From Saccostrea cucullata (taxonomy: Eukaryota): 64,000 nt of DNA. Location of the stretch: the NCBI RefSeq assembly GCF_032062105.1, contig NW_026933448.1, positions 496,001 through 560,000 of the forward strand, in the 5' to 3' direction. The first letter of the stretch is position 1; every line of letters begins with the position of its first letter. The translations under genes and the position numbers were made by a program. Positions 50,553-63,614 of this stretch are shown in pieces. The notes beneath the pieces are model-generated. The model had not been told where the DNA came from and did no database searches. It saw nothing but the letters and a program-made list of their open reading frames with translations.

Positions 50553-51904
50553 TACCTGTCTCCCCTGGAATACAACAAAAACATGGGGATAACACGCCCA
50601 GGGGTAGCTGGGTACCTTAGACCCCCAAAACCTGCCCTTGGTACCACAGGGATCAAGCCGGTCCCTCAGGTGCCGCTGAGGTAACCCCCAAATCTTCCCC
50701 AGTACTGAGGATAGATTACCCAGAGTTTTGAGCCAGACATGGTAGAAATCATCATTCGTGGTAATCCCCGAACTCCGCCGCCCCCATCCCAGATTGTGAC
50801 TTAAAGAACGTTACCATAATCCCAAAATAATATGTATACAAGCTATGTTGCTTACGATACTTTAAAAAAAACAATAACACTGTACAGTAACACTGTACAT
50901 AACACATAACCATCAATGATCACCAATGACACTGACTTACTGATTATAAATCACACCTTAGAAATGTCCAATAAAACTCAGTATTGAATCATTTGTTACA
51001 ACAGAAAACACCAAACACCAAACGGTCCCACCATATACATTGTGACCACATCCTTCCTTTGATTCTGATTCCAACCGCTTGGGTGTTCCACAGGGGCCTG
51101 TAACATACTGTATTTGATTTTACATAATCACTATATGTATACAAAAAGAGAAAGGGAAACAACGTCAGCTCGAATTTACACAGGGTCGATCTCGGAAATG
51201 ACTCGTGTTTTCAATAAAGTACCTTGCAGTTAGTGAAATAATCTGGGATCATTCAGTAATAATCACTCTTTAATAAAAATACCATTGCGGTCATTTAAGA
51301 ATCGTGTAAGTCGTGTTTTGCAGATCTGATATCCTGTCATGCAAGTGATGTAGTTTAAGTCGTCCACTAAATTCGCTAAACATTGCATCCAATATTTAAC
51401 GCGAGATGTGATTGGTCAATGGTGCTTTTCTAGAACAGATCTGACCAATCACGCTCCGCCTTTTACCAATCATGGGTTTTTCCAAAATGTCTGTTATGGG
51501 CTCGGGTCCTGTTGTGAATGACAAAAGCTAACGTATTTATTCAAATCGGAGATGTTGTACCTTTTAATTACAATTAACAAAAGAAAAAGATGATTTTCGT
51601 GAACGCTGGATCTTTACTTTGTGTATTCCATCTCCGGAAAGACTTCAAAACTGGAGAAAATGTGCGAATTTTGCCTCGTTTTAGTGGACGACTTAAAGTA
51701 CATCGACTCTCACAACGGGATATCGAGTTAGTATTACCCAACTTAAACGCTATAAAAAGTAACGAGGTTTCTGTTTTATTAAAGAATATTTATTGTAGTA
51801 TGATTTCTAGTCATAATTTAATTGGCTACATTCTTTTTTCTATGAAATACGAAGTATTTCCAGATCGACCTTGTGTTAATTCGGGCTGACGTTGTTTCCC
51901 TTTC

Positions 51905-51908
<4 letters not shown>

Positions 51909-51952
<44 letters not shown>

Positions 51953-52009
51953 CATTTTGTCCGGCGTCCGTCTGTCCGTCTGTCTGTCTGTCTGTCCGTC
52001 TGTCTGTCT

Positions 52010-52086
<77 letters not shown>

Positions 52087-52092
52087 AAAAGT

Positions 52093-52143
<51 letters not shown>

Positions 52144-53624
52144 ATTCAAGGGGAGATAATTGGGAATTAATGAAAATTTAGTGGTATATTTTAAAAATCT
52201 TCTTCTCAAGAACCACTGTGCCAGGAAAGATGAAACTTATGGGGAAACATCCTCAGGTAGTGTAGATTCAAGTTTGTTCAAATCATGACCCCCGGGGGTA
52301 GGGCGGGGCCAAAATAGCCGACCAAAGTTTTACATAGAAATATATAGGAAAATTCTTTAAAAATCTTCTTCTCAAGAATGACAAAGCCATAATTCATCAT
52401 ATTTATATGGAAGCATGCTCAGGTAGTGTATATTCAAGTTTGTTCAAATCATGACCCCCGGGGGTAGGGCGGGGCCAAAATGGCCGACCAAAGTTTTACA
52501 TAGAAATATATAGGAAAATTCTTTAAAAATCTTCTTCTCAAGAATGACAAAGCCATAATTCATCATATTTATATAGAAGCATGCTCAGGTAGTGTAGATT
52601 CAAGTTTGTTCAAAGCATGACCCCCGGGGGTAGGGCGGGGCCAAAATGGCCGACCAAAGTTTTACATAGAAATATATAGGAAAATTCTTTAAAAATCTTC
52701 TTCTCAAGAATGACAAAGCCATAATTCATCATATTTATATGGAAGCATGCTCAGGTAGTGTAGATTCAAATTTGTTTGATCATGACCCCCGGGGGTAGGG
52801 CGGGGCCAAAATGGCCGACCAAAGTTTTACATAGAAATATATAGGAAAATTCTTTAAAAATCTTCTTCTCAAGAATGACAAAGCCATAATTCATCATATT
52901 TATATGGAAGCATGCTCATGTAGTGTAGATTCAAGTTTGTTCAAATCATGACCCCCGGGGGTAGGGCGGGGCCAAAATGGCCGACCAAATTTTTACATAG
53001 AAATATATAGGATAATTCTTTAGATATCTTCTTCTCAAGAATGACAAAGCCATAATTCATCATATTTATATGGAAACATGCTCAGGTAGTGTAGATTCAA
53101 GTTTGTTCAAATCATGATCCCCGGGGGTAGGGCGGGGCCAAAATGGCCCCAAAGTTTTACATAGAAATATATAGGAAAATTCTTTAAAAATCTTCTTCTC
53201 AAGAATGACAAAGCCATAATTCATCATATTTATATGGAAGCATGCTCAGGTAGTGTATATTCAAGTTTGTTCAAATCATGACCCCCGGGGGTAAGGCGGG
53301 GCCAAAATGGCCGACCAAAATTTTACATAGAAATATATAGGAAAATTCTTTAAATATCTTATTCTCAAGAATGACAAAGCCATTAATTCATCATATTTAT
53401 ATTGAAGCATGCTCAGGTAGTGTAGATTCAAGTTTGTTCAAATCATGACCCCTGGGGGTAGGGCGGGGCCAAAATGGCCGATTAAAGTTTTACATAGAAA
53501 TATATAGGAAAATTCTTTAAAAATCATCATTTTCGAAAAAATAGCAAATCCATGATTGGTCATGGGATCATTTGATTTAAACTTTACAATAAAAAGACAT
53601 TTTATACTAGTCCTACCCTTGGTA

Positions 53625-53659
<35 letters not shown>
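51909..53659 (+). mobile_element. Non-autonomous Helentron (HINE) carrying a 166-bp satellite array
   Basis: 5' TTAGCTCACCTGAG..CTCAAGTGAGC hairpin, (GTCY)n microsatellite, tandem core, 3' CTCAGGTGAGCGA plus GGCCCATGGGCC palindrome; inserted in a T run. Confidence 0.92.
52190..53525 (+). repeat. ~8 tandem units of 164-167 bp (oyster Cg170/HindIII-like satellite)
   Basis: CATGAYCCCYGGGGGTA at 52284, 52450, 52616, 52781, 52947, 53113, 53277, 53444. Confidence 0.95.
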
Positions 53660-56274
53660 GTATATATATATAGTGATTATGTAAAATCAAAAACAGTATG
53701 TTACCGGCCCCTGTGGGATGTTCCACATACAAAACACTTTCCATTTAGGAATATGCTTCTGTCACTGAAATTACAGAGGAGAAAACAGCAAAATCATGTA
53801 CACAAATTTTAGGGAAGGGTGGGTGGGTGAAATTTTGCAACATGTCTACCCTTCTAGCTTTTTCGGTAGATTATGACAATCAGCGTCATAAGGACTGGTG
53901 CTTGATAATATTACGTCATCTATTTAAAATCCATAGTCCCGATAATGTTTAACTACTACAATTAGAACGCACGAGTTATCGCCATTGCACTGGTATTAAA
54001 TGCATTTATCAAAAAATATGGTGATAAATGCGATAAAGCGCTGATTTTTGCATAAATTTTGGCTTAGGAGTCTTTCAGGGCTAGCCTGCCCCTGAATAAA
54101 ATTGTGATATTTTGATAGGTTAGGATGTAAGAAATAATTTGAGATAAGATTTTTTTGGGGGCACCCCTGTCCCAGGGTCGAAATTCACAAAAAACTACAA
54201 AAAATAAGGAAACCCGCTTTTCATAATCTGCTGTAAATTTATGCCTTTCATTCTTATAGTGACCCTAGCTCAGTTGATAATTCGCTGATTGTTACGCAGT
54301 GGAAACTTTCTTTTTAAAGTCAGGGGTTAGAATCCACCTGGTACCACACTTCTCAAGTTTTAAATTTCGCCTTTTCAAAGACTATTTTAATTTTTTTATC
54401 ACTTGTGTATTTTTCCCTAAATTATCCATCCTTTATGCATGCCCATTCTTGATAAAAACTAAAGAGGTATCAATTCGTATAAACAATCCAATGTACGGTT
54501 GTCAATCAGGCGGAACGAACCTCAGTATAAGCACACTTTCTCCGAGGACAAGAATAACTCTCTCTGTGTTTTCTTGGCAGCATTGGGCTGCGATGAATTT
54601 CAATGGTATATATTCTTTAGAATTTGATCACATTGATTTTGGCTACATATTTCAGTAACTGTACACCCTTGGATTTCATTTAGGCCTATATTGTTTGCAG
54701 ACATTAATGACATGTATTATGAAGTTATATCCACGGATAAATGCCTGGACATAAAGAATGGAATTTCAGAAACATTACCTTTATGCACAATGAGAAGTAA
54801 AGACAAATATCAATTATTACATTTGGAGATAACAAACTCAGAAAATCAATGAAAGGCTTTCTCCTGCCTCTACTCTGAAATAAAGATTTAGGAAAAGCAA
54901 ATTGTTATATGTATTCAGCATAATGTCATTAATTGGAACGGATATCGACAAGCTATTTTTAGAGAATAAACCGAGCCAAGTCCTGTAGGTCAGATCCCAA
55001 TTTATAATTAAGTGATCCTTGGTAAATCTCAAATACTAGTAAATTTTCAGGAAAGACGAATAAAAAAGCAAATTCAAATTTGATCAGCAAACACATTTCA
55101 GGAATAAAAATCATATGTATCAAGGCTTTTGAAAAAATTGCCCAATTTTTACATCTACGGCACTTTAGTTTCTTCTTTTTTATTTCTCGTACGTCGATAA
55201 TTTTACAATGCATAGTTTTTAAAGAGTTTCCTATCATTGCAAAACATATCATGTTAATAAATATTGGCATATATGGTTAGATTAAAAGAACCTCAACTTC
55301 TTTGAATATGTAATTTAACTTTTATGGGGTAAAAATTTCGACTGTCAAAAGACCTTTCTGAGAATAATAAAGAACATTGAAGCACATTGAGAGGTATAAA
55401 ATGAAAATTATTGCATGCAAATTTAATATTTTGAGCTGCCTTTTGAGACTTTAAATTATAAATTAAAGAGTTATCCTTTTTGGCTGAGGATCGGAGTACC
55501 TTAAAGCATTTGACAGAAAAATGTCTTGGTGTTTCACAAATTTACAAAAAAGTGAAAACAATTTCAAATTATCAATTTTGAAAATGTTTTTCTCAAGAAT
55601 CACAGGACAAAAAATTAAATCTATTCAAATAATGAGCCCTATGATAAGGGACAGATCTAGAAAATTTGATCTTAATTTTACATATAAAGGCCTCAAGTAC
55701 CTCTGGCAAGCGTTGTGGCCCATAGACCTCTTGTTTTTTTTTTTTTATCTTTAATTAGTTTAAGATGAAGGAATTGCTGTTTCTTGTTAATGAGTGCAAA
55801 ATGTTAGTGGTCGTAGTTGATATTTTATTATACATACTTTTAAAAGGCCTAATTACAATCTGTTAGACACTCTAGAAACCATACAAATTGATAATGTAAT
55901 TCCTGTAAATTAGAGTTGAAAATGAGAATCATTTATTTTGAAATGCTTATCACAAAGATTAAAAGCATGGGAACTTACATATTTTAAAAAAAAACGTACT
56001 TGAAATGCACAAGCCTCGATAATTAATGTCAACAGAACTTTTCGATGAATTAAATATTTGAGGAACTCCCTACAAAAAGATAGCTATTAATTTATTAAGT
56101 GATATTTTTTATCGACATATTTAAATATGAAGGAAAGTCAATATATAGAAGCTTGATCTGAAGCAAAACTTATAAGGGGAGCTTTCCCTCGCAAAGAACA
56201 AACACTGTACAGATGTATCTTCAAATCAAGACAACATTCGACATCGATACAAAAAACGCGCGATTGCGTTACTG

Positions 56275-56362
56275 TCACATTGTGACGTAACAGTAGATAA
56301 TGTAGTCCTTTATGACGTCACAATTGCAGTCTTCAAGATAGTGCAGAGATAACAAGGTAAGA
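56275..56362 (+). promoter_or_regulatory. Putative promoter and non-coding first exon of the hillarin-like gene
   Basis: CRE TGACGTCA 56313-56320, TGACGTAA 56283, donor AAG|GTAAGA at 56357. Confidence 0.4.
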
Positions 56363-57129
56363 TTTCGATATTTCATGGCTTTTTTAAAAAAAGTATATAA
56401 TTTATTGAACGTCAATGTAAAATTGTATTCTTCATTTTGCTATAAAAATTCTGTTTTATTATAAACACGGCTTCTCTACTAATAACACCCACGTTTAGAG
56501 ATACTACAAACTTAATATTTATTTCTTTAAAAACGATTGAAATAAACGTAATTATTTAGATATTACAAAGATATTGATTTTTCATTATAACAAACATTTA
56601 ATAAAAATAGCATAGTAGATAGTATAATTTGTAATGAGGCCTATTTGAAGGTCATATGATAAACTGATAACATTATAAATCGGGTAGTCCTGTCATACTT
56701 ATATCGAGATATCAATATCATGTATATTGAGATAAGTTTGTTTTTTTTTTACATTAATCATTCAATGTGTACATCATTAGTGTTCAAAAGGGACGCTATT
56801 TCAAAGTAAATGCCGTTCCATCACCGAAGGAAATCCACTGAAGAAGAGATCATCTTAAGTAGCACGACATTCAGAGTCCTGAGCAACTGAAGGGGAAGAC
56901 ATCAGCATCAAGAAACGAAGTCGGTCAAGCTCAAAAGATCCGGAAAAAAATAGAAAAAAACGGACCTCTCCAGGAAAACAAAGAACGTCATTCAATCGGA
57001 GCTGGACTAAAAATAGAGCTGAGCAAATCAGGAACGTTGCAAGGAAAGACTGCTCAATATTACACTGAGAGAGGAAACTCAAAAAGGGCATCTAGCAGAA
57101 AATAATCAGAGAATACTCTAGATAATGCA

Positions 57130-60100
57130 ATGGAGGGTGACGAAGCAAAGCGCCTAGGTGATACTGTAAAAGTTCAGGATCAATCCCACGATGAAGCGAA
57201 CAAAAACCCTGTAAAAAATATAAAGTATATAAACTCAGAGAGGACTTCAAATGGCGCCAAAGATAAGCCTCTAATGAAGGGTCAGGACATTAAACCGGAC
57301 AAAAAAGATAAGTCAATTCCAAAAAGGGGCGTGGTCAACACCAAGGAAAACAATCAAAGATCGAGAATTCCTGTATCCGAAAACTCAAACATTATTGCCG
57401 TAAATCATGTTAATGGAGATGATAGTTTCAAAGCGCAACGAAAATGTTCACTTCTCTCTGAAAAAGTATCGTCTCGCGACACCAAAAGCTCGAAAACCTC
57501 TTCCGAGAGTGTGGACATAAAGGGAAATAAATTATACGCCGAGTTTATGGACATTAAATTATCATCATCACATAGTTTACAACAAAAACCGCCTAATGAA
57601 TCAGTAGAAAAACAAAACTCAAAAGGATCAGTAGACACAGGAATGCCTGCCCGGGTATTAGCTACACCCGCAGCCAGGAGACTGAATCAGAGGGGCGGAT
57701 CTCATACAGAAACTGGGACAAGAGAAACCGGGCATCCCCACAGTGTGGGACGGGATAATCCAAATAACGTGACCAACGGTGATCATCAAATTAATGTGTC
57801 CAGTAACAGTGGAAATACAGAGGAGGGTGAGATCTCCTTAAGAAACGCCGTCAGAAAATCTTCTCGGGGCAGTTCAATGTCAGTGGAATACAGAAGAAAA
57901 AGACAGGTCAGAAAGTCATCTAATGACAGCTTAATGTCAGCGGAAAACAGAACAAGAGCGCAGAAGGTAATATTACGTCTCAGTACGATTATTTTGCTTT
58001 ATATGGTTTAAATCGCTTAAAATATATGATTAAGTATTAAGATATTTATATTTTGAAGGCAACAAAACATGGAAAAATGGCAAAGAAGAATGCAAACAGA
58101 CAACATATAAAAATGGGTCAGAGAGGGATTTCAATTGAATCTGTTACACAGAACTCCGAGATATCTCAGGTAATAAGAAGGTTATCCCAAAGGTTTACCT
58201 CGAAGAATCTCAGGTAAACACAAGGTTCACTCCCAGGAGTCTTAGATAAAGACAAGTTTCACTCCGAGTAATCTCAGGTATTAAAACATAAGATTCACTC
58301 CCAGAAATCTCAGGTAAACACAAGGTTCCCAGGAATCTCAGGTAAACAAAAATTTAGTGTAACCCCGAGTTATTACAGGTAAACACAAATCCAACTCCCG
58401 AAACATCTCAGTCAAATACGTTACCTCTAAAGAATCTCGGGTAAATTGATAGCTGCAGAACCGTAGCTCTCTAGTTGAGACAAACAATTCAGCAAATGGG
58501 TCCCACACTGCTCCATCGAAAGTCAGTTTGAAACATCCATGATGTTGTTGTCATGTCTCTTGGGCCCTTGCCAGGTAAATATTGTATCAATATTTCTATT
58601 TCTTATTTTTCTTCTCTGTGATAACTCTTTGAAAGTTGGCGGAAATGATTTCTTGATTCTATCGGTATACTATACTAACTAAACAGTAATTCCTTAAAAC
58701 AAATGGTCTGTAAACAATTGCCATTATTTTGAAAGAGAAACGCATGCATATATATGTGAATTACAAGAAAGATTACACCAAGCTTACTCAAAGAAGCGGC
58801 GCTGTTAATCTATTATTTAGATTGCTTGGATCTGTAGCTCTCTTGTTTGCCTGTCTGAATAATACTTTTCCAACCAGAAAACTACGGTTTTGGAGGAAGC
58901 AATTTATTGAACGAGATTTTGATGATTCTTCAAAATTGTAAATTTAATCATAGATGATACTCTTTATTTCCAGGGTTCTCTGTTATCTTTCTCTGAAGAT
59001 GATGACGTAATGGAGGGCTATCCTGCTCCTACACCGCCATCTTTACTTCAACCCACGACATTCAGTGACGGAGGACTAGACACGATTAATGATCTCGTCC
59101 ATAAGGTCTAACTTTACTTAAAAAGACTTTTATTGATTCCGAAAGCGAAGCATTTGCATTTCATAATCATTATTTAATTCAGTCAGTTTTTAATCATGTA
59201 AAGTCTAATTGTATAAGTCGTGTTTCTGCAAAAAACAAAATATTATATTAAGCAATGTGCTGTTTTCAGGCTTCATTAGAAGAAACCAGTAGTTTTGATT
59301 CGCTGCTACAGTACCTTTGTGGAAATCTGGAGTCTGATATAGCCCGTGTTCGCGCCATTTACTGCTGGGTAGTCAGTCAACGACTTCCTATTTTGGATGA
59401 CGTCAAAGACATTCCTTCACCAGAAACTCCCATTGGCTACCTCTGTCTCATTACGCAGAGAAAAGGGTCCTATGCTGCATTGTTCTGCAAGATGTGCAGG
59501 TAATATTAATCAAGTACAAAACATTAGGAGTTCACCAGTCAGGAGACTGAATCATATGGCAATTAGAGATATGTTGTGAAGTGCGTAAGATAATCTACAT
59601 AATAAATAATACACAATTGATATAATAAAGACTTGCAATGGTGAGGGGTAAACAACCCACCTGAGCTGTGGACCTCGAACGGGACAGGTGTCGATAGACC
59701 TCTGTATAGTTCCAGGGTAAATTCACAACTGGCTCAATATGGTAGTAAATCAGCTGATTGTGACGTATTATATATGAATCCCGAACCCGAACTATTTTAT
59801 AAAGCCTTTATCACTACATTCCTCCCCGTTTTAATAAGCCCCGGGATATGGCACAAATCAGAACATCTGACTTAATGCCATTTAAATATAAAAGCTCTTT
59901 CTTACCAAATCTCTCATTCATTTTTGCACTCAGTTTCTTGAAGCTTCTTTGATCTGAACTTGGTCTGGAACTGAAGTATTTCAAGGCCTTGTCTCGAAGA
60001 CTCTCAATAAGTTTGTCCAGTTTTTGTTCATCAGACCATTTGTATCTGGATGCAATGTGAGAAAACTGTGTAAAGAAGGGTCTCCAGTCGCTCTTTCCAT

Positions 60101-62608
60101 CAAAGGTGGACATTTTTGGTGGACTTAGTCCCTTTGGCTCATTGTAAACTCCCTGTGGTGCTAACTTGTCTACTTCTTGGCTGATTTTTTCATCTTCAAG
60201 TTGCTTAATTTTGTTTTCTAAACGTTGTATCTTACCTACCCATCTGCTGTCTTGTTCATAAAGTTTTTGTTCTAATGTCGCAAGTTCTTCGTTCTTTGCC
60301 ATCATTTTTTTACTAATTGTGTTTTCGTAGTTTGCTTTTGTGTTTGCTAGCTCTGTTTTAAATTTTTGTTGTAGATTGTACATTTGTTGTTCATGTTCTG
60401 ATCTTAATGTATTTTCTAACTCTTCTATTTGCTGTTGTCTAGAAGTGATGTCTTTTTCTGACTGAAAACTTTGTATGTTTTTCCTTTCATTGACTTTTGT
60501 GAGCCAAGCTATATCTGATTGTAATTTTTCAATTTCATTTAAAGCATCTTCAATTTTGTGGTGTTGTGTTTTTTCTGATTGTGTATCTCTCTGACTCTCT
60601 CCAAAAATAATCACACCCTCACTCATAAGGGGGTCCCATATTGTGCTTGATGTTATTGTTTTTACATCTTCTAAAGAGAGTGTCCCCTTTTCTTCTCTAA
60701 GTGTCATAATTAACTCTGCCCTTTTATATCCTATGTTTGGGATTGTTTTTAATTCCCCAAAACTAGCATTGTTTATGTTTACAGGGTTTTCACTATTTGC
60801 CATTCTGATTCAGTTTTGTTTTGTTCAAAAAAAAAATAAAAATAGAAATAGAAAAACAGACGTGTTGTTGATTAACTGTCAGAATGTCCGACAGAAAATC
60901 GAGAGTGAAATGTTTATGATCGTTATCAGAAAATCCGACAACAATCAAATCTAAATGAAAAAATGAGAAAAAAGCAAGGAAATGATAGAAACCGCCATTG
61001 AATTAATTTTCTGAAAAAGAATTTTATTTGATAAGATAAACGAAAAACAAAGAAAAAAATGGCGCGAAATATAAATACACAATGTCGCACTTCACCGATC
61101 GGAAGATCCTACCGGCGACGCCAATGTTGTGAAGTGCGTAAGATAATCTACATAATAAATAATACACAACTGATATAATAAAGACTTGCAATGGTGAGGG
61201 GTAACGTCAGTTACAACTCACCTGAGCTGTGGACCTCGAACGGGACAGGTGTCGATAGACCTCTGTATAGTTCCAGGGTAAATTCACAACTGGCCCAATA
61301 TGGTAGTAAATCAGCTGATTGTGACGTATCAAATATACGAATCCCGAACCCGAACTATTTTATAAAGCCTTTATCACTACAGATATAAAATGAAATGATT
61401 TTGTTTGGCCTTACCATTTATAAATTGTTTGCTAAACCTTTTCCGTATGAGTTGTGCTGTACATAACATGTCTTTAAGAAATGTGTTATGATTTTAGGTA
61501 TATCAACATACCATGCGTTGTTATTCGAGGCGTTAGTAAGGGGGTAGCGTATGACGTTGGAGAGACTATGGACCACACAAAACACAGAAATTCCTGGAAC
61601 GCCGTGTACGCGCAGGAAAACTGGCGCCTTGTTCATTGTCACTGGGCGTCCAGATCAGCGAGGGGATACAAGTCAGGAGAATGGGCAATATTAGATTGTC
61701 CGGAATTCCGTAAAGATACCGTGTATGGAGAAAGTAGATCGTACGTTGTCAATTCGCCTATAAACGACTGGTATTTCTTCCCCGAACCATCAGTATTTAT
61801 CGACAAGTGTTTTCCGAATGATGACAGGTGGCAACTTTTACCAAAGAAAATCAGCAAAGCTGAATTCGAATCCCGGCCGTTTCTGCAACCTGCCTTTTAT
61901 GCCTTGGGGCTTAAACTTGTGGAGCCAAATCGTTCATGTGTAGCTCACATTCATGGAAAGTATGTTCTTCAAATCCGAATGCCTCTGGAAACTCGAGATA
62001 GATTATGTTTTTCTTATAACCTTTATTTTCTACGAGATTTTACAGATGAAGGGGAATATGAATATCCGACTCTAGATAGGTATACCGTTCATTATTGTTT
62101 GAATGAAGTGGCTTTCTTTGAGGTTCGATTCCCCCCGCTTTGTGTTGGAGAATATAAACTCCAGATTTATTGCTGTAACAACGATATTTGCCTTCCATCA
62201 GAATGGATCTGTGATTTCAGGATTGTCTGTGAGAAAGGCATGAACTTTAGTGTACCGCTACCAGTGGTGCCAAAAATAGGCTGGGGAAGAAACTCGGAGC
62301 TAGCTAAATACAAGATAACCGCAGTTTCGCACACAGGAGGTCTGTATTCATTAGACAGTGGAGAAGTGAGGTTTCTTTTTATTTTCCCGCTAGAAACAGA
62401 TGCTAAAGCAGAACTAATAAAAAATGGACGTTCAAAATCTGATTTTGTGGAGAATGTTAAAGTTGAGAAGAATGGTGTCGATGTTAGTATTACTGTAGAA
62501 CCTCCGTGTGAAGGTGAATTCGCTTTACAGATTTTTTGTCGTGAGCGAGGTAGTCAGAATGAAGTGAATGTTTGTAATTATCTGCTGGAAAGGACGTTTC
62601 CTATTGAG
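57130..62608 (+). CDS. Hillarin/kyphoscoliosis-peptidase-like protein, partial: join(57130..57966,58059..58169,58974..59105,59270..59499,61498..62608); probably continues beyond the window
   Basis: Phase-consistent GT/AG junctions; RVRAIYCWV, GSYAALFCKMCR..IPCVVIRGVSKG..Y.VG, NSWNAV, WRLVHCHW, YFFPEP..F...FP....WQLL; GEYKLQIY and GEFALQIF repeats. Confidence 0.85.
58152..58446 (+). repeat. ~9 degenerate ~32-bp tandem copies of an exon/intron donor junction
   Basis: Unit ~AGAATCTCAG|GTAAACACAAGGTTCACTCCC. Confidence 0.8.
59572..61381 (-). mobile_element. 1.8-kb internally deleted Gypsy-like LTR element in a hillarin intron
   Basis: LTRs 59572-59818 and 61125-61381 (TG...CA); TSD GATA; PBS TGGCGTCGCCGGTAGGAT (tRNA-Ser-like) at 61123-61106; PPT AAAACGGGGAGGAA. 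Confidence 0.95.
59814..60803 (-). CDS. gag: Truncated Gag with an N-terminal helix-hairpin-helix (ComEA/HHH_3-like) domain and coiled coil
   Basis: VNINNASFGELKTIPNIGYKRAELIM.LRE..G; heptad-rich middle; capsid N-terminal FDGKSDWRPFFTQF..IA...KWS...L...LRDKAL...L...FG. Confidence 0.85.
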   Translation of the reverse strand: MANSENPVNINNASFGELKTIPNIGYKRAELIMTLREEKGTLSLEDVKTITSSTIWDPLMSEGVIIFGESQRDTQSEKTQHHKIEDALNEIEKLQSDIAWLTKVNERKNIQSFQSEKDITSRQQQIEELENTLRSEHEQQMYNLQQKFKTELANTKANYENTISKKMMAKNEELATLEQKLYEQDSRWVGKIQRLENKIKQLEDEKISQEVDKLAPQGVYNEPKGLSPPKMSTFDGKSDWRPFFTQFSHIASRYKWSDEQKLDKLIESLRDKALKYFSSRPSSDQRSFKKLSAKMNERFGKKELLYLNGIKSDVLICAISRGLLKRGGM

Positions 62609-62729
62609 GTAATTTTATATATTTATACAAGTAACAGCTTTTTAAAAAGCTTGCCTGACTAAATCTATCAGTTTATCTGCATGAAGAGTGAAAACCCTTT
62701 TGAGCAATTATACTTTGTAGGTTTAAAAA

Positions 62730-63614
62730 CAGGGATGGGGTAACTGAATAAAGTAATTGTAATTGAGTGTAATTAATTACATTTTTCAAAGTAATTGGAA
62801 GTAATTTGTATTTGAGCAAGCCTTCAATTACAAGTAATTGAATGTATTTAAATACATTTCAAAAAAGGTCATGTATTTTCAATTACTTTTCAATTACATT
62901 TCAATTACTTTTTTTCAAAATGAAAGTTTATATTTAAAAAGATGTCTTATACTGATACATAGTTTTATACTAGTGGGTTTATATTACTTATTCCCATGTT
63001 TTATAAATCTCAGTTCTCCCTATTCCCACTTGCAAATAACAATGATTGTTTATATAGTTAATTTATTTTACAGTAATTAGACTAACTACATCCCCTTTTA
63101 GATTTACATGCATTCTATTCATTTTAAGATAGAAAATAATGAATGGAATTGTGATAGATATTATTCATTTCCTTCAAAAATATGGATTTCAGAAAGTAAC
63201 AAAAAGATCTCGCCATACGCCATACTGGTGTAGCATGGGCTTGTGTTTGTACAATAATTAATTGTCTCATAATGTTTAATTTGTATATACAGTGTGTCAC
63301 ACTCATTATAAGGTAAAGGTCTAATTTTGACCAGGTGTGAACCCCCATCATACCCAAGAACAAAAACACTGAATGAAAGTTCGAATTCAATCGCTATAGA
63401 AAAAATCTTATTTAAAAAAATCTTTATTTTTTTTTTTTTATAAAAATAAAACTCTAAGTAATTGAAATGTATTTCATTACATTTGTCAAAGTAATTGAAT
63501 GTAATTAATTACATTTGAAAAAATCAATGCAATTGTAATTGCAAGTAATTGACAAAATTATCAATGTATTTGAAAGTAATTAATTACATTTCAAAGTAAT
63601 TGACCCCAAGCCTG
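62730..63614. mobile_element. hAT-like MITE with GTAATT subterminal repeats
   Basis: CAGGGATGGGGT / ACCCCAAGCCTG; 8-bp TSD TTTAAAAA. Confidence 0.85.

Larger units (their letters stand above)
51088..53717. mobile_element. Foldback element with long imperfect TIRs (~280 bp); right arm interrupted by the HINE
   Basis: 51088-51371 is the reverse complement of 51680-51908 plus 53660-53717. Confidence 0.8.

Noticed and set aside
48040-50800. GC-richer flanks of the HIRAN element as a split coding exon
   Set aside because: The rejoined minus-strand frames give no recognisable protein; probably another repeat.
52190-53525. CRISPR-like array
   Set aside because: The units are contiguous near-identical 166-bp repeats with no unique spacers, in a eukaryotic HINE context.
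54255-54350. tRNA gene (also 37985 and 44062)
   Set aside because: Only degenerate A/B boxes and no cloverleaf; these are SINE heads.
58459-58574. Extra hillarin exon ending CAG|GTAAAT
   Set aside because: The candidate acceptors give stop codons or incompatible phase, and the gene model is in frame without it.
60600-60803. Bacterial comEA gene or contamination
   Set aside because: The HhH is fused in frame to Gag between LTRs, inside a spliceosomal intron.
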